Source: a virus
Reading direction: 5' to 3' (one strand)
Length of the DNA: 64,000 nucleotides
Virus record (IMG/VR): IMGVR_UViG_3300032331_001791
Span: 1-64,000 of that record
Both the position numbers and the translations under genes were made by a program. Below, in pieces: positions 39,805 through 49,022 of the stretch (its first letter is position 1; each line of letters begins with the position of its first letter). A model generated the notes under the pieces. It did not search any database, was not told where the DNA came from, and saw only the letters and a program-made list of their open reading frames with translations.

Positions 39805-40452
39805 ATGCAAAAAAAAATAAATAATATTGTTAGCCTTCTTCCTGAAGGTCTAGATGAGTCTACAGTAGAAAAAATCTTTCAGTTGGTTGATTCTACAATT
39901 ACAGAACAAGTAGAGAATAAAATAGGATTGCTCGAAGCAAAAGTTAATGCATTTTTAAGAACTAAAATAGATTCTTTAAAAGAACAAGCATTAAATGAGC
40001 TTTCAGAAGAAAATGAAATTTATAGAAATGCTAAACTATTTGAGTCAGTAAAAACTTTAATGACTCTAGAAATTAGCTCAAAGGATGAGAATAACTTAGT
40101 TCAAGAAATGAACACTCACCAAAAAGAACTTGATGAAGAGAATGGTGTTTTAACTTCACAGTTAAATAAACTAATAGAAGAAAATGAAAAGCTTCAAAAT
40201 ACCATCAAGGCTTTAAACAATAAAGTAAACCTTTCCGAGTCAAAAATAAAGAAACTTGAGAAAGGAAACACACTCTTAGTAGAAGAAATCGAAAATTTAC
40301 AGGCTGTCATTGATGAGCCTTTCGCTTCATCAGAGAAGGCTGTAATGATTTCTGAAGCTAATCGTGAGGTTAAACAAAAGAATGATTTTAACAATGCATT
40401 CTTATCAGAGGCAGTGATGAACTTAATGCCTTTCAGTAAAGCAAAAAATTAA
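39805..40452 (+). CDS. Prohead scaffolding protein (gp22-like)
   Basis: Acidic coiled coil immediately upstream of the major capsid gene. Confidence 0.75.
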   Translation: MQKKINNIVSLLPEGLDESTVEKIFQLVDSTITEQVENKIGLLEAKVNAFLRTKIDSLKEQALNELSEENEIYRNAKLFESVKTLMTLEISSKDENNLVQEMNTHQKELDEENGVLTSQLNKLIEENEKLQNTIKALNNKVNLSESKIKKLEKGNTLLVEEIENLQAVIDEPFASSEKAVMISEANREVKQKNDFNNAFLSEAVMNLMPFSKAKN

Positions 40453-40459
40453 GGAATAA

Positions 40460-42094
40460 ATGCTTATGGATTCAATGTATGTACATGATGAACAATTAGT
40501 ACAAAAGTGGGAGCCAGTTCTTGACGGCATTAAGACTGACTATGCCAAAAGAGTTACTGCTCAACTTTTAGAAAACCAAGCCAAAGCGATTGTCGAACAA
40601 AAGATGATCAATGAGGCTGATGCTCCAACTTCAGTTGGTAACCTTGGCACTTTTGCCAAGTTCGCATTCCCACTTATTCGTAGAGTCTATCCCGATCTGA
40701 TAGCTTCTAACTTCGTTGGCGTACAGCCAATGCAAGGCCCTGTAAGCCAAGTTTTCTATCTTGGTCACTCACGCCACCATGGAGCAGGTGGTAGAAGCGA
40801 AACTATTTATAGTAAGTTTAACATGACCCCCCTAGGCATGGCTGCTTCTGCAATTGGTTCAGCTTCTGGAAACGGATTTCCAATAAACACCTTTACTGGT
40901 ACAACAGGGGGTCTTGATGGAGATATAGCAGCATCAGGTGGATTTGATGTATCTAATGTGCTTGCATATGGAGTGGCTAATGGTTTTGCTAGTGGATATG
41001 GATGGCCTAGCTCAACAATGGGTGGCCGTTTAGCTGCATTCCCAAATGCCAATTCAACCATGGGATGGATTGTAAGTGCTGGTGAAAGACTTTCAGGAGA
41101 TCAAATTCCTGAACTCAGCATTCACATTGAACAGGAAGCTGTAATTTCAAGAACTCGTAAGATGCGTGCTCTCTGGACTCTTGAAGCTTCACAAGATCTC
41201 AAGGCTTATCACAATCTTGATCTAGAGCGTGAACTCACTGATCTTCTCTCAAAAGAACTTCAGCTTGAAATAGACCGTGAACTAATCGAAGATCTCCGTA
41301 TGATTGCATATGGATTTAATAGAAACAATTCTATAAATCAGATGGGTGGAGCTTCTCTAAAGAACATGGATAGCGATTACATTTCTTTAGGTTCCTTTGA
41401 AGGTCTTGCAACTGCTTCAACTGCTGCCACTGGTACATTCAGCCCTGGTCAGTTTAACTATTCTCAAACTGATGGAGTTGTAAGCTATAACATTCCAACT
41501 TCAGATGGTAAGAGATCAAATGTCTTTATTTGCGATTTAACAAACGCAGGAATTACATTTAATCCTCGCCATGTTGGTGAAGCTTATGCTAACCTCTTAG
41601 CAGTGATTAACCTTGCTTCACAGGATATCTATAAGACAACTCTAAGAGGTCCTGGTAGCTGGCTACTCACTTCACCACTAGTTGCTTCACTCCTAGAGAG
41701 TGCTGCCAAGCTCGAAGGTGGAGTTGCAAGAGAAGATGGCCCAACAAACATGGGCAATGCTGGAATCAGCTTCAAGGGTAAGTTCATGGGACGCTATGAC
41801 CTTTATGTTGACCCAATGTATCCCGATGATGAGATCATGGTTGGCTATAAGGGAGCTAATGCTATGGATGCTGGATTTATCTACGCTCCATACATCCCAC
41901 TACAGCAACTCCCAACAGTTGTTGATCCTGCTACCTTCCAACCCAGAAAGGGAATCTTAACAAGATACGGTAAGGTCCAGGTTGAACCTGCCTCAAGATT
42001 CTATAGAATCATCAGATTGGTTGGAGCTACTTCTCAGTATCTCTTCGTCAATGGTTCTCGTAATACTAGGGTCGCAAATACTCCTGTTATCTGA
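40460..42094 (+). CDS. Major capsid protein (T4 gp23-like)
   Basis: KWEPVL, LLENQ, GVQPMQGP, WTLEASQDLKAYH, EIDRE, YAPYIPL, FQPRKGILTRYG. Confidence 0.97.
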   Translation: MLMDSMYVHDEQLVQKWEPVLDGIKTDYAKRVTAQLLENQAKAIVEQKMINEADAPTSVGNLGTFAKFAFPLIRRVYPDLIASNFVGVQPMQGPVSQVFYLGHSRHHGAGGRSETIYSKFNMTPLGMAASAIGSASGNGFPINTFTGTTGGLDGDIAASGGFDVSNVLAYGVANGFASGYGWPSSTMGGRLAAFPNANSTMGWIVSAGERLSGDQIPELSIHIEQEAVISRTRKMRALWTLEASQDLKAYHNLDLERELTDLLSKELQLEIDRELIEDLRMIAYGFNRNNSINQMGGASLKNMDSDYISLGSFEGLATASTAATGTFSPGQFNYSQTDGVVSYNIPTSDGKRSNVFICDLTNAGITFNPRHVGEAYANLLAVINLASQDIYKTTLRGPGSWLLTSPLVASLLESAAKLEGGVAREDGPTNMGNAGISFKGKFMGRYDLYVDPMYPDDEIMVGYKGANAMDAGFIYAPYIPLQQLPTVVDPATFQPRKGILTRYGKVQVEPASRFYRIIRLVGATSQYLFVNGSRNTRVANTPVI

Positions 42095-42118
42095 TAACTA
42101 GTTAAACTTTAGTAAATG

Positions 42119-42153
42119 GGGGCTAGAGAATAAAAGTTCTCTAGCCCCTCTTT
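42119..42153 (+). terminator. Rho-independent terminator after the capsid gene
   Basis: 12-bp stem GGGGCTAGAGAA/TTCTCTAGCCCC, 6-nt loop, followed by TCTTT. Confidence 0.85.
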
Positions 42154-42179
42154 GTTACCTATATAATTTAGAGAACTTC

Positions 42180-42389
42180 ATGCTTAAATATAGATCTAAA
42201 TGTAAATGGAACTTACTTTTATACATAAATGATAAAGTTGTAGAAGTAAGACCAAATGAAGAATTTGTTTCATCCCATGAAGTAATTTCTAAATATCTTG
42301 AACTTATAATTGAAGAATCAGATATTCAATCCATAAAGAAAAAAAGTAAAGAAAAAGTAAATGAGCCTATCAATAATAGCGAAGCCTAA
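42180..42389 (+). CDS. Hypothetical protein
   Basis: 69-aa ORF preceding the neck gene. Confidence 0.55.
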   Translation: MLKYRSKCKWNLLLYINDKVVEVRPNEEFVSSHEVISKYLELIIEESDIQSIKKKSKEKVNEPINNSEA

Positions 42390-43236
42390 TATTCTTCTTT
42401 ATGGAGATACCTTTGGAAAGTATGGTGGTCAATTATTAACTGATACCATACCTTCAGGTGATTTAGATGTTAATGATTTAAATAAATCTACAGTTCTAGA
42501 TGGGGTAGAATTTAATAGATTTGAACTAGCTGTTAAAGATTATATTTTAGCTAGACTAGGGCATCCTGTAGTTAGAGTAGAGTTAACTTCATTCCAATTA
42601 AAAATTTGTATAGAAGAAGCTATAAATAAATTTGCATACCATGCCCCTTTTTGGAATAGACAATTTGCAGCATTTGATGCTTCTGCTGGAATTAATCAAT
42701 ATGAACTTCCCGCGCATATAGCACACAATTTAAGTTATGTTAACTATAGAAAAACTTTATTGACAATAAATGCTGCTGCTGGATCTTTAGAGTTTGATTT
42801 CTTCTTAAAATACTTCCAAGATAATTTTGTTTTAGGTGATTTTAGACTCGGAGATTATTATCTATTACAAAGCTATATGGAGACTGCTAGAAAAGTATTA
42901 GGACAAGAGGGATCTTTTGATTTAGTTAATGGAAAAGTATTACAACTGTATCCCGCTCCAGCGATTGATGGTGAACGAGTAATATTAGAATATAGAGCAG
43001 TTGATTCAAATACTATTCATCCTGCATATAGAAATTGGATTCAAAAGTATTCTTTAGCGATTGCAAAAGGGGTACTTGGAGAAATTAGAGGAAAGTATAG
43101 ATCTCTTCCTTCACCTGGTGGTGGTGCTATTTTAAATGGAGATGCTTTATCTCAAGCTAGTGTTAGAGAAAAAGAAGCTTTAGAAAAAGAATTAATGTCA
43201 GAAATAGAAGAGCCGCCAGTATTTACAATGTATTAA
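42361..43236 (+). CDS. Neck protein / head-tail adaptor (gp13-like)
   Basis: [15 protein letters not shown]...WIQKY.LA..K..LG.IRGKY..LP.PGG...LNG. Confidence 0.9.
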   Translation: MSLSIIAKPNILLYGDTFGKYGGQLLTDTIPSGDLDVNDLNKSTVLDGVEFNRFELAVKDYILARLGHPVVRVELTSFQLKICIEEAINKFAYHAPFWNRQFAAFDASAGINQYELPAHIAHNLSYVNYRKTLLTINAAAGSLEFDFFLKYFQDNFVLGDFRLGDYYLLQSYMETARKVLGQEGSFDLVNGKVLQLYPAPAIDGERVILEYRAVDSNTIHPAYRNWIQKYSLAIAKGVLGEIRGKYRSLPSPGGGAILNGDALSQASVREKEALEKELMSEIEEPPVFTMY

Positions 43237-43237
43237 T

Positions 43238-44002
43238 ATGGCAGTAAAACAAGATAAACCTAAAATTTCAGCTAGTAGAAAACTAAAACAAACATTTTTA
43301 TCTCCTTTTGGATATGAAGATCCAGAGGCTATAGCTGCTGCCCCAAAAACTGTAGGCGATTCTGGGGCTTTAGGATTAGTTGCAGGTCCTATGGCTGTGG
43401 GGCAACTTGCTCCAGCAGCCACACAAATAGGAAAACAATTATTATCTAAAGGATCAAAATTAGGAAAAGCTTCAGATGCTTTAGATACAGCACAAGATGC
43501 TGCAAGCACTGCTATAAGTGTTGGAGGAAAAACTAGAGAATTAATGGGAAAAATAGGTTCTGGATTTTTAGATCTTTTTTCTAAAATATCAAATAGGGAG
43601 CCTAAGAAAAAAAAGAAATCATTTATGCGAGCCTCTTCTTTTAGGACTGAAAATCCAGAAGAGAAAGATAGTGGAGAAGTTTCAGAAGGAAAAAAATATA
43701 TGCCATTAAAATCAGGATCAAGTCAAAAAACTGTAAGTTCAAACATCAAAGAACTGATGCACGCTTATAAGAAAAAAGGAAAGATTGGAACTAGCATTCC
43801 TAAAGGAAGTAAAGCTGCTCAAAAACAAGCAGTTGCCATCGCTTTATCCAAAGCAGGAAAATCAATCAAAGAAGGTAAACTTTGTGCAAAAGGAAAATCT
43901 GCTGCAAAAAGAAAGTTCGATGTTTACCCATCCGCTTATGCCAATATGTACGCCTCTGCTGTCTGTTCAGGCAAAGTTAAGCCAGGAGGAAAGAAGAAGT
44001 GA
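43238..44002 (+). CDS. Basic multi-module protein (putative internal-head polyprotein)
   Basis: Modules MPLKSG..SNIKELM..QAVAIAL and [20 protein letters not shown] follow VSE and IKE motifs. Confidence 0.65.
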   Translation: MAVKQDKPKISASRKLKQTFLSPFGYEDPEAIAAAPKTVGDSGALGLVAGPMAVGQLAPAATQIGKQLLSKGSKLGKASDALDTAQDAASTAISVGGKTRELMGKIGSGFLDLFSKISNREPKKKKKSFMRASSFRTENPEEKDSGEVSEGKKYMPLKSGSSQKTVSSNIKELMHAYKKKGKIGTSIPKGSKAAQKQAVAIALSKAGKSIKEGKLCAKGKSAAKRKFDVYPSAYANMYASAVCSGKVKPGGKKK

Positions 44003-44652
44003 TCATAAACGAAGATCTTAGAAAGTGGGTTGCTGAAAAATGGGTTGATATAGGAGCACCTAAAAAAGGTGGAGGATTCAAACCATGTGGAAGACAAAAA
44101 GGTGAGAAGCGCAAAGGATATCCTAAATGTGTTCCTCTTGCTAAAGCTAATTCTATGTCAACATCCCAAAGAAGATCTGCGGTAAAAAGAAAAAGAGCAG
44201 CAGGAAATACTGGCCCAAAACCAACCAATGTTGCTACATTCAAAAAGAAAAATATTCAAGAAGCTTGTTGGAAAGGATATAAGACAAAAGGTATGAAAAA
44301 GAAAAACGGAAGAATGGTTCCTAATTGCGTTCCTATGACAGAATCATATATTAATACTTTTCTACTTATTATGGAAGCAACGCCAGCTTGGCAAAGAAGT
44401 GAGGGTAAAGATCCTAAAGGTGGATTGAATAGAAAAGGTATAGCTTCTTATAGAGCAGCTAATCCAGGTTCAAAGCTTTCTATGGCTGTTACTACTAAGC
44501 CTTCTAAACTTAAGAAGGGCTCTAAGGCAGCTAATAGACGCAAGTCATTCTGTGCCAGAATGGGCGGTATGAAGAAGAGATTAACTTCAGCTAAGACTGC
44601 TAATGATCCTAATAGCAGAATAAACAAAGCACTTAGAAAGTGGAATTGTTGA
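43999..44652 (+). CDS. Basic multi-module protein (putative internal-head polyprotein)
   Basis: GTG start; modules [30 protein letters not shown] and [22 protein letters not shown]. Confidence 0.7.
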   Translation: MIINEDLRKWVAEKWVDIGAPKKGGGFKPCGRQKGEKRKGYPKCVPLAKANSMSTSQRRSAVKRKRAAGNTGPKPTNVATFKKKNIQEACWKGYKTKGMKKKNGRMVPNCVPMTESYINTFLLIMEATPAWQRSEGKDPKGGLNRKGIASYRAANPGSKLSMAVTTKPSKLKKGSKAANRRKSFCARMGGMKKRLTSAKTANDPNSRINKALRKWNC

Positions 44653-44654
44653 TA

Positions 44655-45227
44655 ATGTCTGATCAAAATAAAAATTATAAAGTAACTACAAAGTTACCAG
44701 AGCTTCCAGATATAGATACTGGAGACTCTGAACTTAATTTATTTGATCAAAATAACCCAGACATAAATTTATTTAATTTAGTAGATGACGAAATAATTAG
44801 ATTATCAGGAAGTAAGATATATTTTTATAAATATAACCAGTCTGAAGATTATGATGAAGTATATTTAGAATCTAGAAACAAACCAATTTCTAAAATACCA
44901 ATCTTAGTTCATGGTCACTATGAGCCTGATGCTATTGCTGAAAACTTAACAAATTTTGGAATAGAATTAGTTAGTGATCAATTATTTACATTTAATAAAT
45001 CATATATTGAAAGAAAACTTGGTAGGCCAGTTATTCCTGGAGATGTTGTAAAACCAGTATTTCAAAATCAAAAATATGAAATCTATCAAGTAGTTGAAGA
45101 TTCATTTGAGGCATATGGTATTTATCACTTAGTCTGTAATGCCAAACTCTTAAGAGATAATCCGACTAATCAAGATGCTAGGCTCACTGATACATCAGAT
45201 CCATTGGGAGGATATGATAACAGATGA
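44655..45227 (+). CDS. Neck protein / head closure (gp14-like)
   Basis: E.I...G..IY.Y, D.VY.E, FGIEL, P..GD...P..YEI..V. Confidence 0.8.
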   Translation: MSDQNKNYKVTTKLPELPDIDTGDSELNLFDQNNPDINLFNLVDDEIIRLSGSKIYFYKYNQSEDYDEVYLESRNKPISKIPILVHGHYEPDAIAENLTNFGIELVSDQLFTFNKSYIERKLGRPVIPGDVVKPVFQNQKYEIYQVVEDSFEAYGIYHLVCNAKLLRDNPTNQDARLTDTSDPLGGYDNR

Positions 45228-45973
45228 CATCTGGAATTTTACCTGTGTACATTGCTTCTGAAGTTTTAGATACATCTATTGATCTAAGAACAGTTAGTAG
45301 TCTTAATGATACTTACAAAACAAGAGAAGCGCATATTAGAGCAGAGATTCAAAAATTAACACAACAAGAATCGAATGTGATAGGGGTCTATAAACAAATT
45401 TTAAGATCCATGATTCATTATTTTTCTAATATGGTTTGTATAGATTCAGAAGGGAAGATCTCTGAGGTAAAATGTATTTATGCAAATCCAGAAAGAATGA
45501 TTGCAAAAATAAAACAAGAAACAAATATAATACTTCCAATTATATCTATTGCACAAAATACATCTACAACTGATTTAAAAAGATCAAGATATAAATCTAT
45601 GCTAGTCCATGAGGTTGCGTATGATCGAGAAACTAACCGTGCAACTAGAATATTAAGTATCGCTCCAGTCCCAGTTGTAATTACTTATAATATTAATGTT
45701 TGGTGTAAGTACAAGGAAGATTTAGACCAACTTGTTGAGCAGATTAGATTAAAATTTAATCCAGATGCTGATCTAAGTATTGATGGACATGATTTAATTA
45801 AAGCTTATTTACAAGAGGGTGAGAGTTTAGAGGGGGGTAATTTTGAAGCTGGAAACCAAGAGGATAGGACTTTAAAGAAAATTTTTACTGTAAATGTAGA
45901 AACTTATATTAATAATCCTAAGTTTTTAATTACTTCTACTGGAGCTATTGAAAGAATAATGTTGGAATTTTAA
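45224..45973 (+). CDS. Tail sheath stabiliser / terminator (gp15-like)
   Basis: LPIIS...PVPV.ITY.I...K..ED..Q.VEQI...FNP. Confidence 0.85.
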   Translation: MTSGILPVYIASEVLDTSIDLRTVSSLNDTYKTREAHIRAEIQKLTQQESNVIGVYKQILRSMIHYFSNMVCIDSEGKISEVKCIYANPERMIAKIKQETNIILPIISIAQNTSTTDLKRSRYKSMLVHEVAYDRETNRATRILSIAPVPVVITYNINVWCKYKEDLDQLVEQIRLKFNPDADLSIDGHDLIKAYLQEGESLEGGNFEAGNQEDRTLKKIFTVNVETYINNPKFLITSTGAIERIMLEF

Positions 45974-46025
45974 AAAAATATTTCTAAAAAACATTAAATA
46001 TCTTATACATACAATAGGAGTTTAT

Positions 46026-46202
46026 ATGAAATTAATTAAAAATACAAGTCTACAATCTTTTACTATTTTTTTAAATGGTGATAAGGGATGTGTAGAGAAA
46101 TGGATTCAACCAGGGGAGGGCATTGTAGTTCCCGATTCTTGGGTTTCTGAGCAAGTAACTACAATGGCAAAGAAAAGAATACTAGTTGTCAGCAACGCTT
46201 AA
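46026..46202 (+). CDS. Small hypothetical protein (58 aa, not in the ORF track)
   Basis: AGGAG RBS at 46016-46020; MKLIKNTSLQSFTIFLNGDKGCVEKWIQPGEGIVVPDSWVSEQVTTMAKKRILVVSNA*. Confidence 0.7.
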   Translation: MKLIKNTSLQSFTIFLNGDKGCVEKWIQPGEGIVVPDSWVSEQVTTMAKKRILVVSNA

Positions 46203-46215
46203 TAGGAGATAAAAT

Positions 46216-48357
46216 ATGCCAAATTTCGTTAGCCCAGGTGTATATGTAATTGAGAAAGATATATCAGAGTACACGCCATCACTCAATAGCTCTATAGTAG
46301 GTATTGTTGGCTTTGCTTCAAAAGGTCCTACTAATAAAGCTACTTTGATAACTGATCAAGCCTCATTAGTCAGAATTTTCGGAGAGCCAAGTGAAGATAT
46401 TTATGGTCAAGGCTTAGAGGGGGCTTTAGAAATATTAGAAACTACAAATGCTCTTTATTTTGTTAGAGCAGCAAGCACAGACGCTGCTGATGCATCATCA
46501 ACTATTCGATTTGGTGCTTGCCCAGCAGTTATAGTTTCTGGTCCAACAACTGGTATTACAGGTTCTTTTGGAATAACAAGTTCTTTATATTTAACGATAG
46601 ATATTTATAATAATAATGGTGTTGCAGAATATGCATCACCAAAAAGATTTGCAATTCCTGCTTCAACCATAACTTCTACAGAGTCTGGAGCTTGTCAGGC
46701 CAGAGCATTAAAAAAAGTAATTGGGGGTGATTTAGATGCCGATGCTGTTGGAGTTTTTGATAATAATGAAACTACAACGGGCTTAGGATTATCAGGAGCT
46801 ATAGTTTCAAAATATGCAGGATCTGGAGCATACATGACTGTCAATGCGTATGCTAATTCTACTTATACTACAGGATTAGCTGCCTTAGTTGGGGTTGTTC
46901 ATGCTAGTGGTGGAAATGGCTACTTTGGAGCCTCAGGAGCGGTTGCATCTTCAGTTACTGTTTATGGAGCAAGTTTCACAACTGGTACTCTAAGCTATTT
47001 AGTAGAATCATTATATCCAGGTGCTGGGTATAATGCAGGAACAACTACTGCTGGAGATACTAGTGGAAATTCTATAACTATTAGAAATATCGGTGCTGGT
47101 GGATTCTTTGTAGATGTAAACCAAGATGGTGCTGTTGTTGAAAATTTCAAAGCGCAGCTTTTTGCTAGTGGAGCATTCTTAGAGGATGTTATTAACACTG
47201 GAGAAACTGATACTACTTCAGAATATATAAAAGGTAATTTACTAGCTACAGGTTCGGACATTGCTACAGTTACAAAACTTAATAACTTTGCAAGTGTTGC
47301 AAGTGCATTAGGAGCCGCTGCTATAACAGGAACTCAAGGTGGGGGCATTACTTTTACAAATCATAGTCCAGCAAGATTTGTTAAACCTTTAGCAGCAACA
47401 TATAATCTTGGTAATGGTAATAATGGAGTTCCCTCCACCGAAGCATTAAGAGCAACTGCTCTCATAGGAGATGCAGCTACAGAACCAAAAACAGGAATGC
47501 AAGCTCTTGATGATGATTTACTAAATATAGGAATTGCTTTAGTTCCAGGAGTTTATACTCAAAGTGTTCAAAATGCACTAATAACTCTTGCTGAAAATAC
47601 TCAAAACTTTATAGCCTTAGTATCCCCCCCTTATGGAATAGGAACTGTACAAGATGCTATAGATTGGACAAATGGTAAATCTTCAAGTACAGCAGGATCA
47701 AGAACGGCTGCTATCAATAGTTCTTACGCTGCTGTATACTTCCCCCATATTAAAGTATTTAGCACATTTGATGCTAAAGATCGTTGGTATGACCCAACTA
47801 TCTTTGCTGCAAGACAAATGGCATACACTGATTCAGTATCTGAAACTTGGTTTGCCCCTGCTGGCTATGTCAGAGGTAGATTAACTAAGCCAACTGATGT
47901 TGAAGTTAAACTAAATCAAGGGGATAGAGATGTGATGTACAGTGGTGGAAATGTCATTAACCCAATTGTTAACTTTGCACAACAAGGTATAACAATATTC
48001 GGACAAAGAACCACTCAAAGAGCATCCACAGCGTTAGATAGAATTAATGTTAGAAGACTAATGATTTATGTAAGAAAGATCATTCTAGCTTCAACAAGAA
48101 CTTTAGTTTTCGAGCCTAATGATGAATTCACTTGGGCCAAAGTTGAAGGTCTACTAAATCCATTCTTTGACGATATCAAACAGAGAAGAGGTATTACTGA
48201 GTTCAGAGTGATTTGTGATGCCACTACAAATACTCCAGTAAGAATTGATCGTAACGAAATGTGGTGTAGAGTTCTAATCAAACCTACTAAGACTGCTGAG
48301 ATTATAGTATTCGAACTTAACCTCACTAATCAATCAGCCCAATTAGGTTCACTCTAA
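46216..48357 (+). CDS. Tail sheath protein (gp18-like)
   Basis: SPGVYVIEKD, WFAPAG..RG, FGQRT, DRINVRRL, FEPND. Confidence 0.97.
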   Translation: MPNFVSPGVYVIEKDISEYTPSLNSSIVGIVGFASKGPTNKATLITDQASLVRIFGEPSEDIYGQGLEGALEILETTNALYFVRAASTDAADASSTIRFGACPAVIVSGPTTGITGSFGITSSLYLTIDIYNNNGVAEYASPKRFAIPASTITSTESGACQARALKKVIGGDLDADAVGVFDNNETTTGLGLSGAIVSKYAGSGAYMTVNAYANSTYTTGLAALVGVVHASGGNGYFGASGAVASSVTVYGASFTTGTLSYLVESLYPGAGYNAGTTTAGDTSGNSITIRNIGAGGFFVDVNQDGAVVENFKAQLFASGAFLEDVINTGETDTTSEYIKGNLLATGSDIATVTKLNNFASVASALGAAAITGTQGGGITFTNHSPARFVKPLAATYNLGNGNNGVPSTEALRATALIGDAATEPKTGMQALDDDLLNIGIALVPGVYTQSVQNALITLAENTQNFIALVSPPYGIGTVQDAIDWTNGKSSSTAGSRTAAINSSYAAVYFPHIKVFSTFDAKDRWYDPTIFAARQMAYTDSVSETWFAPAGYVRGRLTKPTDVEVKLNQGDRDVMYSGGNVINPIVNFAQQGITIFGQRTTQRASTALDRINVRRLMIYVRKIILASTRTLVFEPNDEFTWAKVEGLLNPFFDDIKQRRGITEFRVICDATTNTPVRIDRNEMWCRVLIKPTKTAEIIVFELNLTNQSAQLGSL

Positions 48358-48369
48358 TAGGAGATAACT

Positions 48370-48948
48370 ATGCCTCAAAATTATAAAAAGATAAGAGTTC
48401 AACAGCCAGTAACAGATAAAACAATACCTGTTATCTCTACTGGATTAGATTCCGTCAAGAACTATCAGTTTGAAGTTTATATGAACATTCCATCTCTTAA
48501 CAATGCTGATGGGACAAAGCCAGAACAAATAGTTTTGGCTGCACACAGAGTTCAAGCTCAAGGTATGGAGATGGATGTTATCGAGGTAAATAGAGTAAAT
48601 GATAAACTCTACTATCCTGGAAAGGCTAAGATGGATACTCTTCAAATTGATTTTGATAATCAATATTTGCAGAAAAATGCTGCTGGTCTTTGGAAATACA
48701 TGACTAAAATGTATGATCCAATTACTGGTGTACAGAACTCTGAAGTTTCACCAGGAGGATCATTTAAGATTACTAGTATGAAAATCATTCAATTAAAGAA
48801 TGATATGACCCCTTACAGTGAAACTACTCTGTATGGAGTATTCCCAGTATCTTGGAAGTCATCTGAATTAAACTATAATGGAACCTCTGCTTTCCATACA
48901 ATTACGATGACCTTCAGATATGATTTTATGAATCACGCTCTAGTTTGA
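48370..48948 (+). CDS. Tail tube protein (gp19-like)
   Basis: Follows the sheath; YPGK, LYGVFP, ELNY, TFRYD. Confidence 0.9.
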   Translation: MPQNYKKIRVQQPVTDKTIPVISTGLDSVKNYQFEVYMNIPSLNNADGTKPEQIVLAAHRVQAQGMEMDVIEVNRVNDKLYYPGKAKMDTLQIDFDNQYLQKNAAGLWKYMTKMYDPITGVQNSEVSPGGSFKITSMKIIQLKNDMTPYSETTLYGVFPVSWKSSELNYNGTSAFHTITMTFRYDFMNHALV

Positions 48949-48968
48949 TTATTATGATATAATTTAAT

Positions 48969-49004
48969 AACCCAACTTATCTTTGTTGGTAAGTTGGGTT
49001 TTTT
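48969..49004 (+). terminator. Rho-independent terminator after the tube gene
   Basis: AACCCAACTTA/TAAGTTGGGTT stem followed by a T tract. Confidence 0.85.
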
Positions 49005-49022
49005 CCTTACCTATAATAAGAT

